From: the human T2T-CHM13v2.0 reference genome, Homo sapiens
Assembly: GCF_009914755.1 (NCBI RefSeq)
Contig: NC_060929.1
Reading direction: 5' to 3' (one strand)
Length of the DNA stretch: 64,000 nucleotides
The notes under the pieces: model-generated
The model's input: only the letters and a program-made list of their open reading frames with translations
Told to the model about the DNA's origin: nothing
Databases searched by the model: none
Position numbers and translations under genes: made by a program
Shown: positions 26,021 through 40,099 of the stretch, piece after piece
Layout: each line of letters opens with the position of its first letter
Position numbering within the stretch: the stretch's first letter is position 1

Positions 26021-27072
26021 AACATTTTTTGAGGAATAACTCTAAGGACAATCATTGAAGGAAGCATCTTAAGATTGATAGAAATTATTAGGAAGCAACA
26101 GAAAGAGAGAAAAATGATTGGTATTGCTGAAGCTTTGTGTTGCACTAAATTTCTTCTGGATTTAAAGGAAAATATCAAGTTGGCAACCAACTTAGTATTT
26201 CCTATGTAATACCAGTCCAAATCTCATTTTCTGGCTGGAATGCTAGTAAAGGAATTGTAGGATTCCCAGAGAGATGATAAACTAAAAGCAAAAATTTAGG
26301 ATATTCTATTGAGGTAGAACCTGTGGTTGACTATTTACTTAAAAGGTGCTACCATAGAGTGGAAGAAGTTATCATGGAATACTTATGCTGGGCAAGACCT
26401 GTTACAATATTATCTTATTTGATTTTCATAGTCCCCATGTAAGGGTAAGTATCAGACCTATTTTATAGATGAAACAATCTGAGAAAGACTAGGTGATATT
26501 CCTAGAGGCCATACCCATAGTAATCGTAAAAAGCAAAGTCAGGCTTTAGGAGGAGATCCATCTGACATCCATGCTTTTTCTCCTTTGCATTCATCAGAGC
26601 TTCCCATATGGAAATACAAAACTCTCATAAGAATCCCTGCAAGTCATGGCTTCAGGATGCAATCTGTCAGCCATCTCTGTGGTGCCTCTGTCAGATTCTA
26701 AATCTCCCTCTTTGCCTCTCCTTGTAGAAGCCATTCAACAAACTGGGTAGCTGAACTGTTAGAGAGGTAGGCATATGTCCCAAACTAAGCCAGTTTGGTC
26801 TTCCATCATTTGAACGCAGTTATTCCTCCAGAGACAATCATGAAACATAAGCCAAGCCAACTAAAGTGGTAAAGTATAGTTGCTAAGAGAGTGAGATCTA
26901 AAAAAAACAAAAAAAACAAAAAAAAAATCCAGTCTTCCTTTGAATGCAACTTTTGTCACTTTTATTTAGTGTTTGTATGATCTTAGAGAAATGTCTCTGA
27001 GCCTTAATTTCCTAAAAAAGAAGACAAAAAGATAATAATAGGAGGTATCTCATATGATTATTGTAAGGATTC

Positions 27073-27097
27073 ACACACACACACATACACACACACA
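27073..27097. repeat. (CA)n microsatellite
   Basis: CACACACACACATACACACACACA-type run. Confidence 0.9.
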
Positions 27098-27102
27098 TAA
27101 CG

Positions 27103-27253
27103 ACAAGAAGGCAGTGTCACCTTATTCCTCGGCTGAGAACTTGTGCATGAGGTGAATTAAATCTTTTGCTGTTCTGTTATGTGTGCCGATGAATGACCAC
27201 AAAATTTCAGTGAACTTTCAAATACAAAATTCATGAATAATGAGGATTGACTA
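27103..27253 (+). mobile_element. MER82 (TcMar-Tigger) terminal fragment
   Basis: ACAAGAAGGCAG...GCTGAGAAC...GAATGACCAC...ATGAATAATGAGGATTGACTA terminal inverted repeat. Confidence 0.7.
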
Positions 27254-28561
27254 TATTTATTCATACATATCATTTTATTTCTACTATGACATGCCTATTA
27301 TGTAAATATCCATGTTAAACATATAGAGACAGATGCTTAACAATTGCCTTGCACACATTGTATATCCAATAAATATTAACCTCTGTTTTTCGAATTATTA
27401 TTTGTTATTACTACTCTGAGGGATTTAAAAAAACAAAACTAAACTAAAGCTGCCAGTGATGATTATTTTGCTCTCTGTTCAAAACACTACAAGTATGTGA
27501 GCCCCAATCTGCTGGCAGCCAGATCTCCTGCCTCATGGAAAAGATACCAAGTCAGAGAGAAGATAGAAGAGCAATGAAGAGAAAGTGGTGACTCTGAAGG
27601 CACAGGCTCATGTACCTGTTTAATTCTGAGGGCAAAGCAAGAGAACTGAGAGAAACCCTACAGGTCATGGGGGCCTTACACTGAGCTTGAAGAAGTGACA
27701 TTCTGAACCTAGGGAAGATTCAGGAGAGCTAAACAAAACCACACTGTGATACAGATTTGCAAAACTTACTGAGGTATAAGGGTAGAGAAAGAGAATTTCA
27801 AAAACCCGGCAGGCATTTTGAACCTTACATATAATTAAGAACTAATCATCTATGACTGAGAGATGGGCAAGAGAAATGAGAAAGATTTACACTGATTTTC
27901 AGGTGCATAGGTCTTGTTAAAGTCTGATGGCCAAATACGAGAAATGAGACATTCCTCCTAGGTAGTCAGAACCCAAACTCTGAATTAAAAAAAAAAAAAA
28001 ATGACTCCACCCACAATTAATTTGATGCTTCTAAAAAGCTGAATTTAACTAAAGCAACAGCAAATCTCAGAGCCAGCTCACCTATAGACTACAACTAAAT
28101 TGCTCCAACACACCCTGCCACCCCTCACACACTAACAGTTTGATAAAAGAAGAACAATGTCATTTTCTGGGTATAAATATTATTTACTTTAGTCTCTGCT
28201 ATTCTTTTATATGTAATATTTGGCATTCAATTAAAAATTATGAAACATTCAAAGATGCAAGAGAATATGGCCTACTGTTAAGGGAGGAAATAATTAATAG
28301 AGACAAACATAAAGATGACTCAGATGTTAGAATTATGAGACTTTAAAATAACTGTGATGAATGTGTTAACAAATCCAGTGGAAAAAAAATACACAGAAAG
28401 GATAAATGGAATAAAAACTATAGTAAAAAGAAATAAAACTATACTAAAAAGAAATAAAAACTATAGTAAAAACATATCAAGTGGAAATACTGAAAATATT
28501 TTTTAAATGATAACAGAGGGGAAATGATCAGAGAACTGGAATACAGTGAAAAGAAATTATT

Positions 28562-28868
<307 letters not shown>

Positions 28869-29052
28869 TTATTAAAACTTAAACACAGAGAGAGTAAAAA
28901 TAATAGAACATCCAAGATCTGTGAGAAAATATCAAATTGTAAAATATACATAAAACTGGAGTCCCAGAATACATAAAGAAAGAGAGAGAGAGAATGGGGA
29001 AAAAAGAAATAGAGATAACGGCCAACAATTTTCCAAACTTGGTAAGAGACAT

Positions 29053-29678
29053 TACATTAGTTTTTTGTTGCTGCTGTAGAAAATTATAACAAACTTAGTA
29101 GCTAAAACAACACAACTTACCCGACAATCATGGAAGTCAAGGCAAAACAGGTCTCACTGGGCTAAAATCAAGGTGTCACCAAGATAGTGTTATTTTCTGC
29201 AGGCCATAAAAAAGAATCAATTTTCTTGCCGTATCAGCTTCTAGATAATGTTCCCATTCTTTTGACTTATTTCCTCCTTCCATCTTCAAATCCAGTAACG
29301 ACTGAATCTCTCTCACATCTTATCTCAGTAACACTGACTCTTCTGCTTCCCTGTTAAACATTTAGATTTATTAGCATATTTATTATTTTTTTTAAATCTT
29401 TGTCATTTGACATTTTTGTCATCTGAGTCACTTCTATGTCTGTTTGACCTCTAAGTCATTTCTATGTCTGTTTCTATTGATTATTTTCTGTTGTGATTAC
29501 ATTGGGTTCACCCAGTTGATCCAGAATCATATCCTTATTTTAAAGTCTGCCAATTAATAACCTTAATTTTATCTGCAACCTTAGTTGCCCTTTTCCATAT
29601 AATCTAACATATATACAAATCCCAGGAATTAGGGCATAGACATCTCTTTGTGGGAGGGGACATTATTCTGCCTACCAC
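29053..29678 (-). mobile_element. MLT1 (C/D-like) LTR
   Basis: ATTAGTTTT...GGGCTAAAATCAAGGTGTCA...CCATCTTCAAA...ATTATTCTGCCTACCAC. Confidence 0.85.
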
Positions 29679-30873
29679 TGATGTGTGTTCATAAATCCAT
29701 AAATCTCAGCAAATCCCAGACAGGAAAAACACAAAGAAAACCATACCTAAGCAGATAATTATAAAAACACTGAACTACTAAGATTTTTAAAAATTCTTTA
29801 AAGTAGCCAGAAGGGAAAACATACATTACATGTGTGGAAAAAAGAAGAATGTCAGCATACTTTTAATCAGAAAAGTAGTTGAGGCTAAAAGACAATGTAA
29901 ACGTATATTTAGAGTGCTGAAAGAAAAACAGACAAACTAGAATTGAATTTTATATTCAGTGAAAATATTGTTCAAAAATGAAGATAATTTTTTTTTTAGA
30001 AAAAGCAACTTAAGAAGATATCTTCAATAGGCTTGTACTACATGAAGTGTTTTTAAAAAGTTTCTTTGGCTGAAGGAAAATAATCACATAGGAAACTGGT
30101 GATGCAGAAAGAAATAAAAAAATTCTATAAAGCATGAATATTTCAGTAAATATAAATGCATTTTAAAAATTATTCTTAATGTACTATATAATTTTTAAGC
30201 CTATTTAAAAGGCTATTGACTCTTTAAGGAGAAATAATTTAACAGTGTAATGTGTGGTTTAGAGTGTGTGTAAAATTTAACTATTTAACAAAAAGAGTAC
30301 ATGAGTCAGCAGAGCAGTAACTATATAATACATTTTTAACATTATTATATTGATTGTGAAGTAGAATATTTTATGAAAGTAGATGAGGAGAAATTAAATA
30401 TGCTTACTGTAATTTTTAGAGTCACTACTGAAAACAATTAACAGAGGAGGGTATAATTAAAATCAAAAGAGAAGATAAAAATGAATATTTTAAAATAATT
30501 TATGCAAAAAGCAGGCATGAAAGAGAAAACAGAAAAACAAAAAGTAGGTAGGACTTATAGAATCCACATATAAACAAATAATTTCATGAAAGCAATAAAG
30601 ACTCAAATTATAAGTCGGAGATTGCCAGACAATATAAAACCACAAGACACAACTAATGATGTTCATAAGAATGTTTAAGAATATAGAATGTTTGAGAGTA
30701 AAAGAAGATAACTGGTATAACATGCAAATATTAAGCATAAGAAAACTGGCATTGTTTTGTTAATATTAGAAGTAGACTTCAAGATGAAGTTTATTATCAG
30801 AGACAAAGAAAGGGCATTTCATAACGATAAATGGGTCAATTAGACAAGAATACAAACCAATCTCAAGTGCATA

Positions 30874-33356
30874 TAATATGGTTTTCATACGTGTTCCCAC
30901 CCAAATCTCAAGTCAAATTGTAATCCCCAGTGTTGGAGGTGGGGCCTGGCGGGAGGTGATTGGACCATGGTGGGGGATTTCTCATGCATGGTTTAGCATC
31001 ATTCTCTTGGTACTGCTGTCGTGACAGTAAGTTCTCATGAGATCTGGTTGTCTAAAAGTATGCAGCACATCCCCCTTCACTCTCTCTTTCTCTTTTTCCT
31101 GCTCCTGCCATGTAAGGCAACTTTTCTTTCTTTGCCTTCCATAATTAGAAGCTTCCTGAAGCCTCCTGAGAAGCAGATGCTGCTATGCTTTCTGTACAGC
31201 CTGCAGAACCATGAGCCAATTAAACAGCTTTTCTTTGTAAATTACCCAGTCTCAGGTATTTCTTTACAGCAATGTGAGAACAGATTAATACAGAAAATTG
31301 GCACTGAGGAGTGGGCATTGCTATAAAGATACCTGAAAATGTGAAAGCAACTTTGGAACTGGGTAACAGGCAGAGGTTAGAAGAGTTTGGTGGGTTCAGA
31401 AGAAGAAAGGAAGATGAGGGAAAATTTGGAACATCTTAGAGACTGGTTAAGTGGTTGTGACTAAAATGCTGATAGTGATATGGACAGTTATGTTCAGGCA
31501 GAGGAGGTATCACACGGAAATGAGAAACTTATTGGGAACAGGAGCAGATGTCACTTTTATCATGCCTTAGCAAACAACTTGGCTGCATTGTGCCTCTGCC
31601 CAAGGGATAGGTGGAACTTTTACCTCAAGAGTCATAATTTAGGGTATCTGTAGAACAAATTTCGAAGCAGTAAAGCATTCAAGATGTCACCTGGGTGCTT
31701 CTAACAGTGTTTGTTCATATGCAAGAGCAAAGAAAATACCTAAAGTTGAAACTTATATTTAAAAGAGATACAGAGTATGAAATATTGGAAAATTTGCAGC
31801 CTGGCTGTGTGGTAGAAAAGAAAAGCCCATTTTCAGGGGAGGAATTCAAGCAGACTGTAGAAATTTGCATAAGTAAAAAGGAGCTAAGAGCCAAGACAAT
31901 GGAGAAGAGGCTTTGAAGACATTTCAGAGACCTTCAGGCCAGCCCCTCCTATCACAGGCCCAGAGTGCTAAGAGGACTGAATGGTTTCTTGTACCAGGCC
32001 CAGGGCCCTGCCACCCTGTGCAGTCTCAGGACATTGCTTCTTGCATCCCAGTCACTCCAGCTCCAGTCCAGGCTCAAAGGGGTCCAGGTGCCTCTCAGGC
32101 CACTGCTTCAGAAAGTGCAAGACATAAGCCTTGGCAGCTTCCACGTGGTATTAAGCTTGTGGGTGCATAGAATACAAGAGATGAGGTTTGGGAGCCTTCA
32201 CCTAGATTTTAGAGGATGTATGAAAAATACTGGGTGCCCAGGCAGAAGCCTGCTGCAGGAGCAGAGCCCTCATGGAGAACCTCTACTAGAGCAGTGAAGA
32301 GGGGAAATATGGGATTTGAGCCCCTACACAGAGTTCCCACTGGGGCACTGCCTAGTGGAGCTATGAGAAGAAGGCACTGTCCTGCAGACCACAAAGTGGT
32401 AGATTCACTGACAGTTTGCATTCCTGCACCTGGAAAAGCCACAGGCACTCTAGATCAGGCCTTAAAATTAGCACCAGGGGCTGAACCCTACAAAGCCATA
32501 GGGGCAGAGCTGCACAAGGCTTTGGAAACCCACCCTTTGCACCAGCATTCTCTGGATGTGGGATATGATGCCAAAGGAGATTATTTTGGCGCTTTAAGAT
32601 TTAATGACTGCTCTGCATTCAGTTAAGTCTAAGTCAGTTTTCGACTTGCATGGAACATGTAGCCCCTTTCTTTTGCCTATTTTTTTCACTTTTGGAATGA
32701 GAATATCTACCCAGTGCCTGTTCCCCCATTGTATCTTGGTAGTAACTAACTTGTTTTTGCTTTTACAGGCTCATAGGCAGAAGGGACTAGCCTTGTCTCA
32801 GATGAGACTCTCGACTTCAGACTTTTGAGTTAATGCTAGAATTATTTAGGAATTTGGAGGATTATGGGGAAGGCATGATTGCATTTTGTAATGTGAGAAG
32901 AACATGAGATTTGGGAGGGGAAAGGAGTAGAATGATATGGTTTGGATCTGTGTCACTGCCCAAATCTCATGTTGAATTATAATCCCCAATGTTGGATGTG
33001 AGGTCTGGTGGGAAAGGATTGGATCATGGGAGGGATTTCTCATGAATGGTTTTAGCACCATCCCGTTAGTGCTGTTCTTATGATAGTGAATTCTTGTGAG
33101 ATCTGGTCGTTTAAAAGTGTGTAACACCTCCCCTCGCACTCTCTTTCTTGCTCCTGTTCCTGCTCCTGCCATGTAAGATGCTTGCTACCCCTTTGTCTTC
33201 CACCATGATTAGAAGTTTCCTGACACCTTTCCAGAAGCAGATGCTGCTTTGTTTCCTGCACAGCCTGCAGAAGCATGAGCCAATTAAACCTCTTTTCTTT
33301 ATAAACAACCCAGTCCCAGGTATTTCTTTAAAGTAATGTGAGAAAGGATCAATTCA
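30874..33356 (+). mobile_element. Complete MSTA MaLR element: LTR 30874-31292, internal region 31293-32932, LTR 32933-33356
   Basis: Two MSTA LTRs (T(G/A)ATATGGTTT...AAT(A/T)CA); purine tract GGAGGGGAAAGGAGTAGAA before the 3' LTR; 5-bp TSD GCATA at 30869-30873 and 33357-33361. Confidence 0.93.
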
Positions 33357-33609
33357 GCATATTTACCCAGTAAAAAGGCATCCAAACACATGAAGCAGAA
33401 ATCAACGAAACTAAAGACAGAAAAAAAAATCTACAAAGTTGAAGACTTCAACTCCTTTCACAGGGACATAATAAATAGGGAAAACTGAGTGAACATATCA
33501 GAAGACTTAAACAGCATTGTCAGTCGACTTACATAATTGAAATTTATAGAATAAGAATGTACCCAATAACAGCCAAGTAGAAATTTTCAGATACATGTGG
33601 AACACTATT

Positions 33610-33745
33610 TTTTGTTTTGAGGATTTTCTAAAAAATTTTTTATGTTTAATGTTTGTGGATACATAGTAGGTGTGTGTATTTATGAACTACATGAGATATT
33701 TTAATACAGGCATGCAATGTGTAATAATCACATCAGAGAAAAGGG
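33610..33745 (-). mobile_element. L1MA 3' end (continues at 40487-41709)
   Basis: GTGGATACATAGTAGGTGTGTGTATTTATG...CAGGCATGCAATGTGTAATAATCACATCA. Confidence 0.85.
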
Positions 33746-36700
33746 CAGAAAAAATGGTAGATAGGAGGCAGGACTAACTTGCAGCTCCCACTTGGATGGA
33801 CAAAGCAGCATGTGGAACTCACACCATGAACTTTTGCTCAAAGAATTACTGCAGGAACATACCAGGAATGCCAAGAGAATCTACAGACTCTTTGAAGGAG
33901 GTGGATTGCTGCTGCAGGCTCCATGGGACAGCTGAGGAACTGTGAGTAGGCTTGCTTTCTCAGCTGGGTGGCTTGTAGCCTGGGGCAAGTTCTCAGCCCT
34001 GCTCACTGGCTGCCTGGAAATAAATTTGGTGCTATTGAGTGGGGGCATGGTGGGAGTGAGATGCCTTGTGGGCTGTGGGCTGCATGGGAGCTAGGTGAGG
34101 CCTGTGGCTGCCAGCTTTCCCCAACTTCCCTGGTGACCTATATGATGCAGCAGAGGCAGCTATAATCCACCCAGGAACGTAATTTCATTGGCCTGAGAAC
34201 CACACTCCCATCCCCCACAGCAGCTGCAGCAACTCATGCCCAAGGAGAGTCTGAGCTCAGACACACCTAATCCTGCCCCTACCTGATGGTCTTTCTCTTG
34301 GTAGTCAAAGACAAAGGACACAATCTCTTGGGAGCTCTGTGGCCCTGACCAGAGCCTGACCCTAGGGCAAGCTTGTATCCTCCCTATGTTACTACAGCTA
34401 ATCTGCTCTTGAAAGTGACAACTCCTGGCTGGAGGCCAACCAACACAAAACCAGTGCACAACAAAAGTACAACCAAGGACCCTCACAGAATCCACTTCAT
34501 TCCCCCACTACCTCCACTGAAGCAAGTGCTGGTATCCATGGCTGAGAGACCTGAAGACAGATCACATCACAGGACTCTCTGCAGTCACATCACAAGACAC
34601 TCCCCAGTACCAGCCCACAGCCTAGTAGCTCCACTGGGTAGCTAGATCCAGAGGAAAAATAACAATCACTGCAGTTCAGCTCTCAGGAATTCCCGTCCTT
34701 AAAGGAAAAGGGAGAGCACCAAATCAAGGGAGTACCCTGTGGGACAAAAGAATCTGAACAGAAGCCCTTGAGCCCCTGATCTTCCCTCTGACATAGTCTA
34801 CCCAAATGAGAAGGAAGGAGACAAACAATTCTGGTACTATGACAACAAGGTTTTTAACACCCCCAAAAGATCACACTAGCTCACCAGCAATGGATCCAAA
34901 CCAAAATGAAATCTCTGAATTGCCAGAAAAATAATTCAGAAAGTCCATTATTAAGCTAATCAAGGAAGCATTAGAGGAAGGTGAAGTTCAACGTAAATAA
35001 ATAAATAAATAAAAAGTTACAGACTATGAATGGAAAAATCTCCAGTGAAATAGACAGCATAGATAAGAAAACAATCACTACATCCAGAATGAAGGACACA
35101 CTTAGACAAATGCAAAATGCACTGGAAAGTCTCAGCAATAGAATCAAACAAGTAGAAGAAAGAACTTGGCAGAGCTCAAAGACAAGGCTTTGGAATTAAC
35201 CCAATCCAATAAAGACAGAGAAAAAAGAATTTTAGAAAATGAACAAAGCCTCTAAGAAATTTGGGATTATGTTAAATGAACAAATCTAAGAATAATTGGT
35301 GTTCTAAAAAAGAAGAGAAATCTAAGTTTGGAAAACATATTTGAGGGAATAATTGAGGAAAACTTCCTAGAGAGCTAGACATCCAAATACAAGAAGCTCA
35401 AAGAACAGCTGGGAAATTAATCACAAAAAGATCATTGCCTCAGCACATAGTCATCAGGTTATCTAAAGAAAAAATGAAGAAAAAAAATATTTAAGAGCTG
35501 TGAAGCAAAAGCATCAGGTAACCTATAAAAGAAAACCTATCAGATTAATAGCAGATTTCTTAGCAGAAACCCTACAAGCTAGAAGGGATTGGGGTCCTAT
35601 CTTTTGCCTCCTTAAATAAAACAACTATCAGCCAAGAATTATATATTGACTGAAACAAAGCTTTATAAATGAAGGAAAGAGACAGCCTTTTCCAGACAGA
35701 CATATGCTGAGGGAATTTGCCACCACCAAGCCAGCATTACAAGAACTGCTAAAAGAAGCTTAAATCTTGAAACAAATCCCAAATTACACCAAAATAAAAT
35801 CTCTTAAAGGATAAATCTCACAGGATCTATGAAAGAATAACACAATGAAAAAAAAACACAAAGTATTCAGGCAACAAATGACACAATGAAAAGAATAGTA
35901 CCTCACATCTCAATACGAACATTGAATATAAATGGCATAAATGCTCACTTAAAAGATACAGAATGGCATAATGCATAAAAACCACTAACCAAGTATCTGG
36001 TGTCTTCAAGAGACTCACCTGACATATAGGGACTCTCATAAACTTAAGGATAAGGGGTGGAAAACAATATTGCATGCTCATAGAAACCAAAACAGAGCAG
36101 GAATAGCTATTTTTATATCAGACAAAAACCAACTTTAACAGCAGTTAAAAAAGACAAAGAGGGACATTATGTAAAAATAAAAAAACTCACCCAACAGGAA
36201 AATATTACAATCCAAAATATACATACATCTAACACTAAAGCTTCAAAATTTATAAAACAATTACTTCCAGACCTAAGAAATGAGATAGATAGCAACACAA
36301 TAATAGTGGGGGACTTAAACACTCCACCAACAGAACCAGATAAGGCATCAACACAGTCAACATGGTATAAAAGAAATTTAATACCATACCCTGGAAAAAA
36401 TGGACTTAACAGATACTTACAGAACATTCTACCCAATAACTGCAGAATGTATCTTATTTTCATCAGCACATGGAACAGGCTCCAAGATAGACCATACGCT
36501 AGGTCATAAAACAAGTCTCAACAAATTTAAGAAAATAAATTAAAACAAAAAAAATTGCAAAGCAGAATTAAATTAAATTGAAACAAAAAAATTAAAAGAT
36601 AAATGAAACAAAAAGCTGGTTCTTTGAAAAGATAAAAAAAATTGATAGACCATTAGCAAAATTAACCAAGAAAAGAAGAGGGAGGATCCAAAGAAGCTCC

Positions 36701-36972
36701 ATTAGAAATAAAATGAGAGATATTACAACCAATACCATAGAAATACAAAAGATTATTCAAGATTCAAGGCTACTATGAACACCTTTACATGCATAAACTA
36801 GAAAACCTAGAGAAGACCAATTCCTGGAAAGATACAACCGTTCTAGATTAAGTCAGGAAACAATAGAAAATCTGAACAGACTAATAACAAGCAGCAGGAT
36901 AGAAATGGTAATTAAAAAGTTACCAAAAAAAAAAAAAAAGTCCAGGACCAGACAGATTCACAGCTGAATTCT

Positions 36973-37115
36973 TTGTTTTTGAGATGGAGTCTCTCTGTCA
37001 CCCAGCCTGGAGTGCAGTAGCATGATCTCTGTTCACTACAACCTCCACCTCCCAGGTTCAAGCAATTCTCCCATCTAAGCTTCCTGAATAGTTGAGATTA
37101 CAGGGGCGCCCAGCC
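36973..37115 (-). mobile_element. Monomer-length Alu (right arm) inside L1PB
   Basis: 143-bp Alu right arm; 15-bp TSD TCACAGCTGAATTCT (36958-36972) / TCACAGCTGAACTCT (37116-37130). Confidence 0.9.
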
Positions 37116-37761
37116 TCACAGCTGAACTCTATCAGATATTCAAAGAAGTATTGGCATGAATCCTATCAATGCTATTCTAAAAGATAGGGAAAGAGGGAAT
37201 CCTCCCCAAATCATTTTATAAGCCAGTATCACCCTAATACCAAAACCAGTAAAGGACATAACAAAAAAAACAAAACTACAGACCAATATCCCTGATAAAC
37301 ATAGATGCAAAAATCCTCAACAAACTAACTGAATTCAACAGCAAATCAAAACGATAATCTACCATGATCAAGTAGGTTTCATACCAGGGATGTAGGGATG
37401 GTTTAATATACACAAGTCAATAAATGTAATACACCACATACACAGAATTAAAAACAAAAATCACATGACCATCACAATAGATGAAGAAAAAGTATTTGAA
37501 AAAATCCAGCATCCCTTTATGACTCAAACCCTCCACAAAATAGGCATAAAAAGCACAAATCTTAACGTAATAAAAGCCAACTATGACAAACCCACAGCCA
37601 AAATTATACTGAACAGGGAAAAGTTGAAAGCAACCCCCCAGAGAACTTCGACAGGACAAGGATGCCCACCTTCACCACTTCTATTCAACATAATACTGGA
37701 ATTCCTAGCCAGAACTATCAGACAAGAGAGAGAAATAAAGGATATAAAAATTGGTAAACAG

Positions 37762-38065
<304 letters not shown>

Positions 38066-39209
38066 GTAAAGAGTAAGTGAAACTGTGGCTATTTGCTGAT
38101 GACATGATTGTATATTTAGAAAACTCTAAAGACTCATTCAAAAAGCTCCTAGAACTGGTAAATTAACTCAGCAAAATTTCAAGATACAAAATTAATGTAT
38201 AAAAGTCAGTAGCTCTGCTATACATCAGCAGCTACTAAGCTGAGAATCAAATCAACAACTCATCACCTTTTACCATAGCTGCAAAAAATAAAATAAAATA
38301 AAATAAAATACTTAGGAACATACCTAACCAAGGAGGTGAAAGACCTCTACAAGGAAAACTCCAAAACACTGCTGAAAGAAATCATAGATGACACAAACAA
38401 ATACAAACCCATCTCATGCTCACACATGGGTAGAATTAACATTGTGAAAATGACCATACTGCCAAAAACAATCCACAAATTCAGTGCAATTACCATCAAA
38501 ATACCACCATCCTTCTTCACACAACTAGAAAAAACAATCATAAAATTCATATGGAACCAAAAAAGAGCCTGCACAGCCAAAGCAAGACTAAGCAAAAAGA
38601 ACAAAACTGGAGACATCACATTACCTGGATTCAAACTATACTGTAAGTCCATAGTCACCAAAAGAGCATGGTATTGGTATAAAAATAGGCATATAGACCA
38701 ATGAAACAGAACAGAGAACCCAGAAATAAAGCTACAGTCAACTTATCTTTGACTAAGCAAGCAAAAACATAAAGTGGTGAAAAGACACCCTATTCAACAA
38801 ATGGTGCTGGGATAATTGGCAAGCCACATGTAGAAGAATGAAACTGGATTATCATCTCTCACATTATACAAAAATCAACACAAGATAGATCAAGGACTTA
38901 AATCTAAGACCTGAAACCATAAAAATTCTAGAAGATAACATTGCAAAATCCCTTCTAGACATTGATTTAGGCAAAGACTTCATGGGCAATAACCCAAAAG
39001 CAAATGCAACAAAAACAAAGATAAATAGACAATAGACGGGACTTAAACTAAAAAGCTTCTGCACAACAAAAGAAATAATCAGCAGAGTAAACAGACAACC
39101 CACAGAGTGGGAGAAAATCTCCACAATCTATACTGCCAACAAAGGACTAACATCCAGAATCTACAAGAAACCCAAACAAATCAGCAAGAAAAAAAATAAA
39201 ATCCCATCA

Positions 39210-39441
39210 TGGTCTCAAACTCCTGGCCTATTTTAACATTTTTTTTTCTTTCCAGGGGATGTTGGGGAAGCTACTGCTACTTAGCTGTGTAGGGGAAATC
39301 TGTTCTTACAAGAAATGAGGAGGGGGATAATCCTTAAAAATTTCCCCTTCAAATCCACCCTCTGGGTTGTTTAAATGAGCATCTCTTGTAAAATGGAAAA
39401 GATTAAAAATAAAGAGAAAGACAAAAAGCAAAAAAAAAAAA
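39210..39441 (+). other. Non-L1 polyadenylated insert (orphan retrocopy or transduced fragment) inside L1PB
   Basis: Interrupts L1 between AATCCCATCA and GGGCTAAGGACATG; ATTAAA/AATAAA at 39402-39413, A12 at 39430-39441. Confidence 0.7.
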
Positions 39442-40099
39442 GGGCTAAGGACATGAATAGACAATTCTCAAAGAAGATATACAAATGACCAACAAACATG
39501 TGAAAAAATGCTCAACATCACTAATGATCAGGGAAATGCAAATCAAAACCACCATGTGATACCACCTTACTCCTACAAGAGTGGTCATAATCAAAAAATC
39601 CAAAAATAATAGATGTTGGTGGAGATGTGGTGAAAAGAGAACACTTTTACACTGTTAGTGGGAATGTAAACTCATACAACCACTATGGAAAACAGTATAA
39701 AGATTCCTTAAAGAACTAAAAGTTGCTCTAACATTTGATCCAGCAAGTCCACTCCTGGGTATCTACTCAGAGGAAAATAAGTCATTATATGAAAAAGATA
39801 CTTGCACACATGTGTTTATAGCAGCACAATTTACAATTGCAAATATATGGAACCAGCCCAAATGCCCATCAATCAATGAGTGGATAAATAAAATTCCACA
39901 CCATGGAATACTACTCAGCCAACAAAGGAACAAAATAATGGTATTTGCAGCAACATGGATGGAATTGAAGGCCATTATTCTAAGTTAAGTAACTCGGTAA
40001 TGGAAAACCAAACATTGTATGTTCTCACAAGTAGGAGCTAAGCTATGAGATGCAAAGGCATAAGAATGATACAATGGACTTTGGGGACTTGGGGAAAAA

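Noticed and set aside
31695-32828. ORFs in the MSTA internal region
   Set aside because: Fragmented remnants in several frames, typical of decayed MaLR internal sequence.
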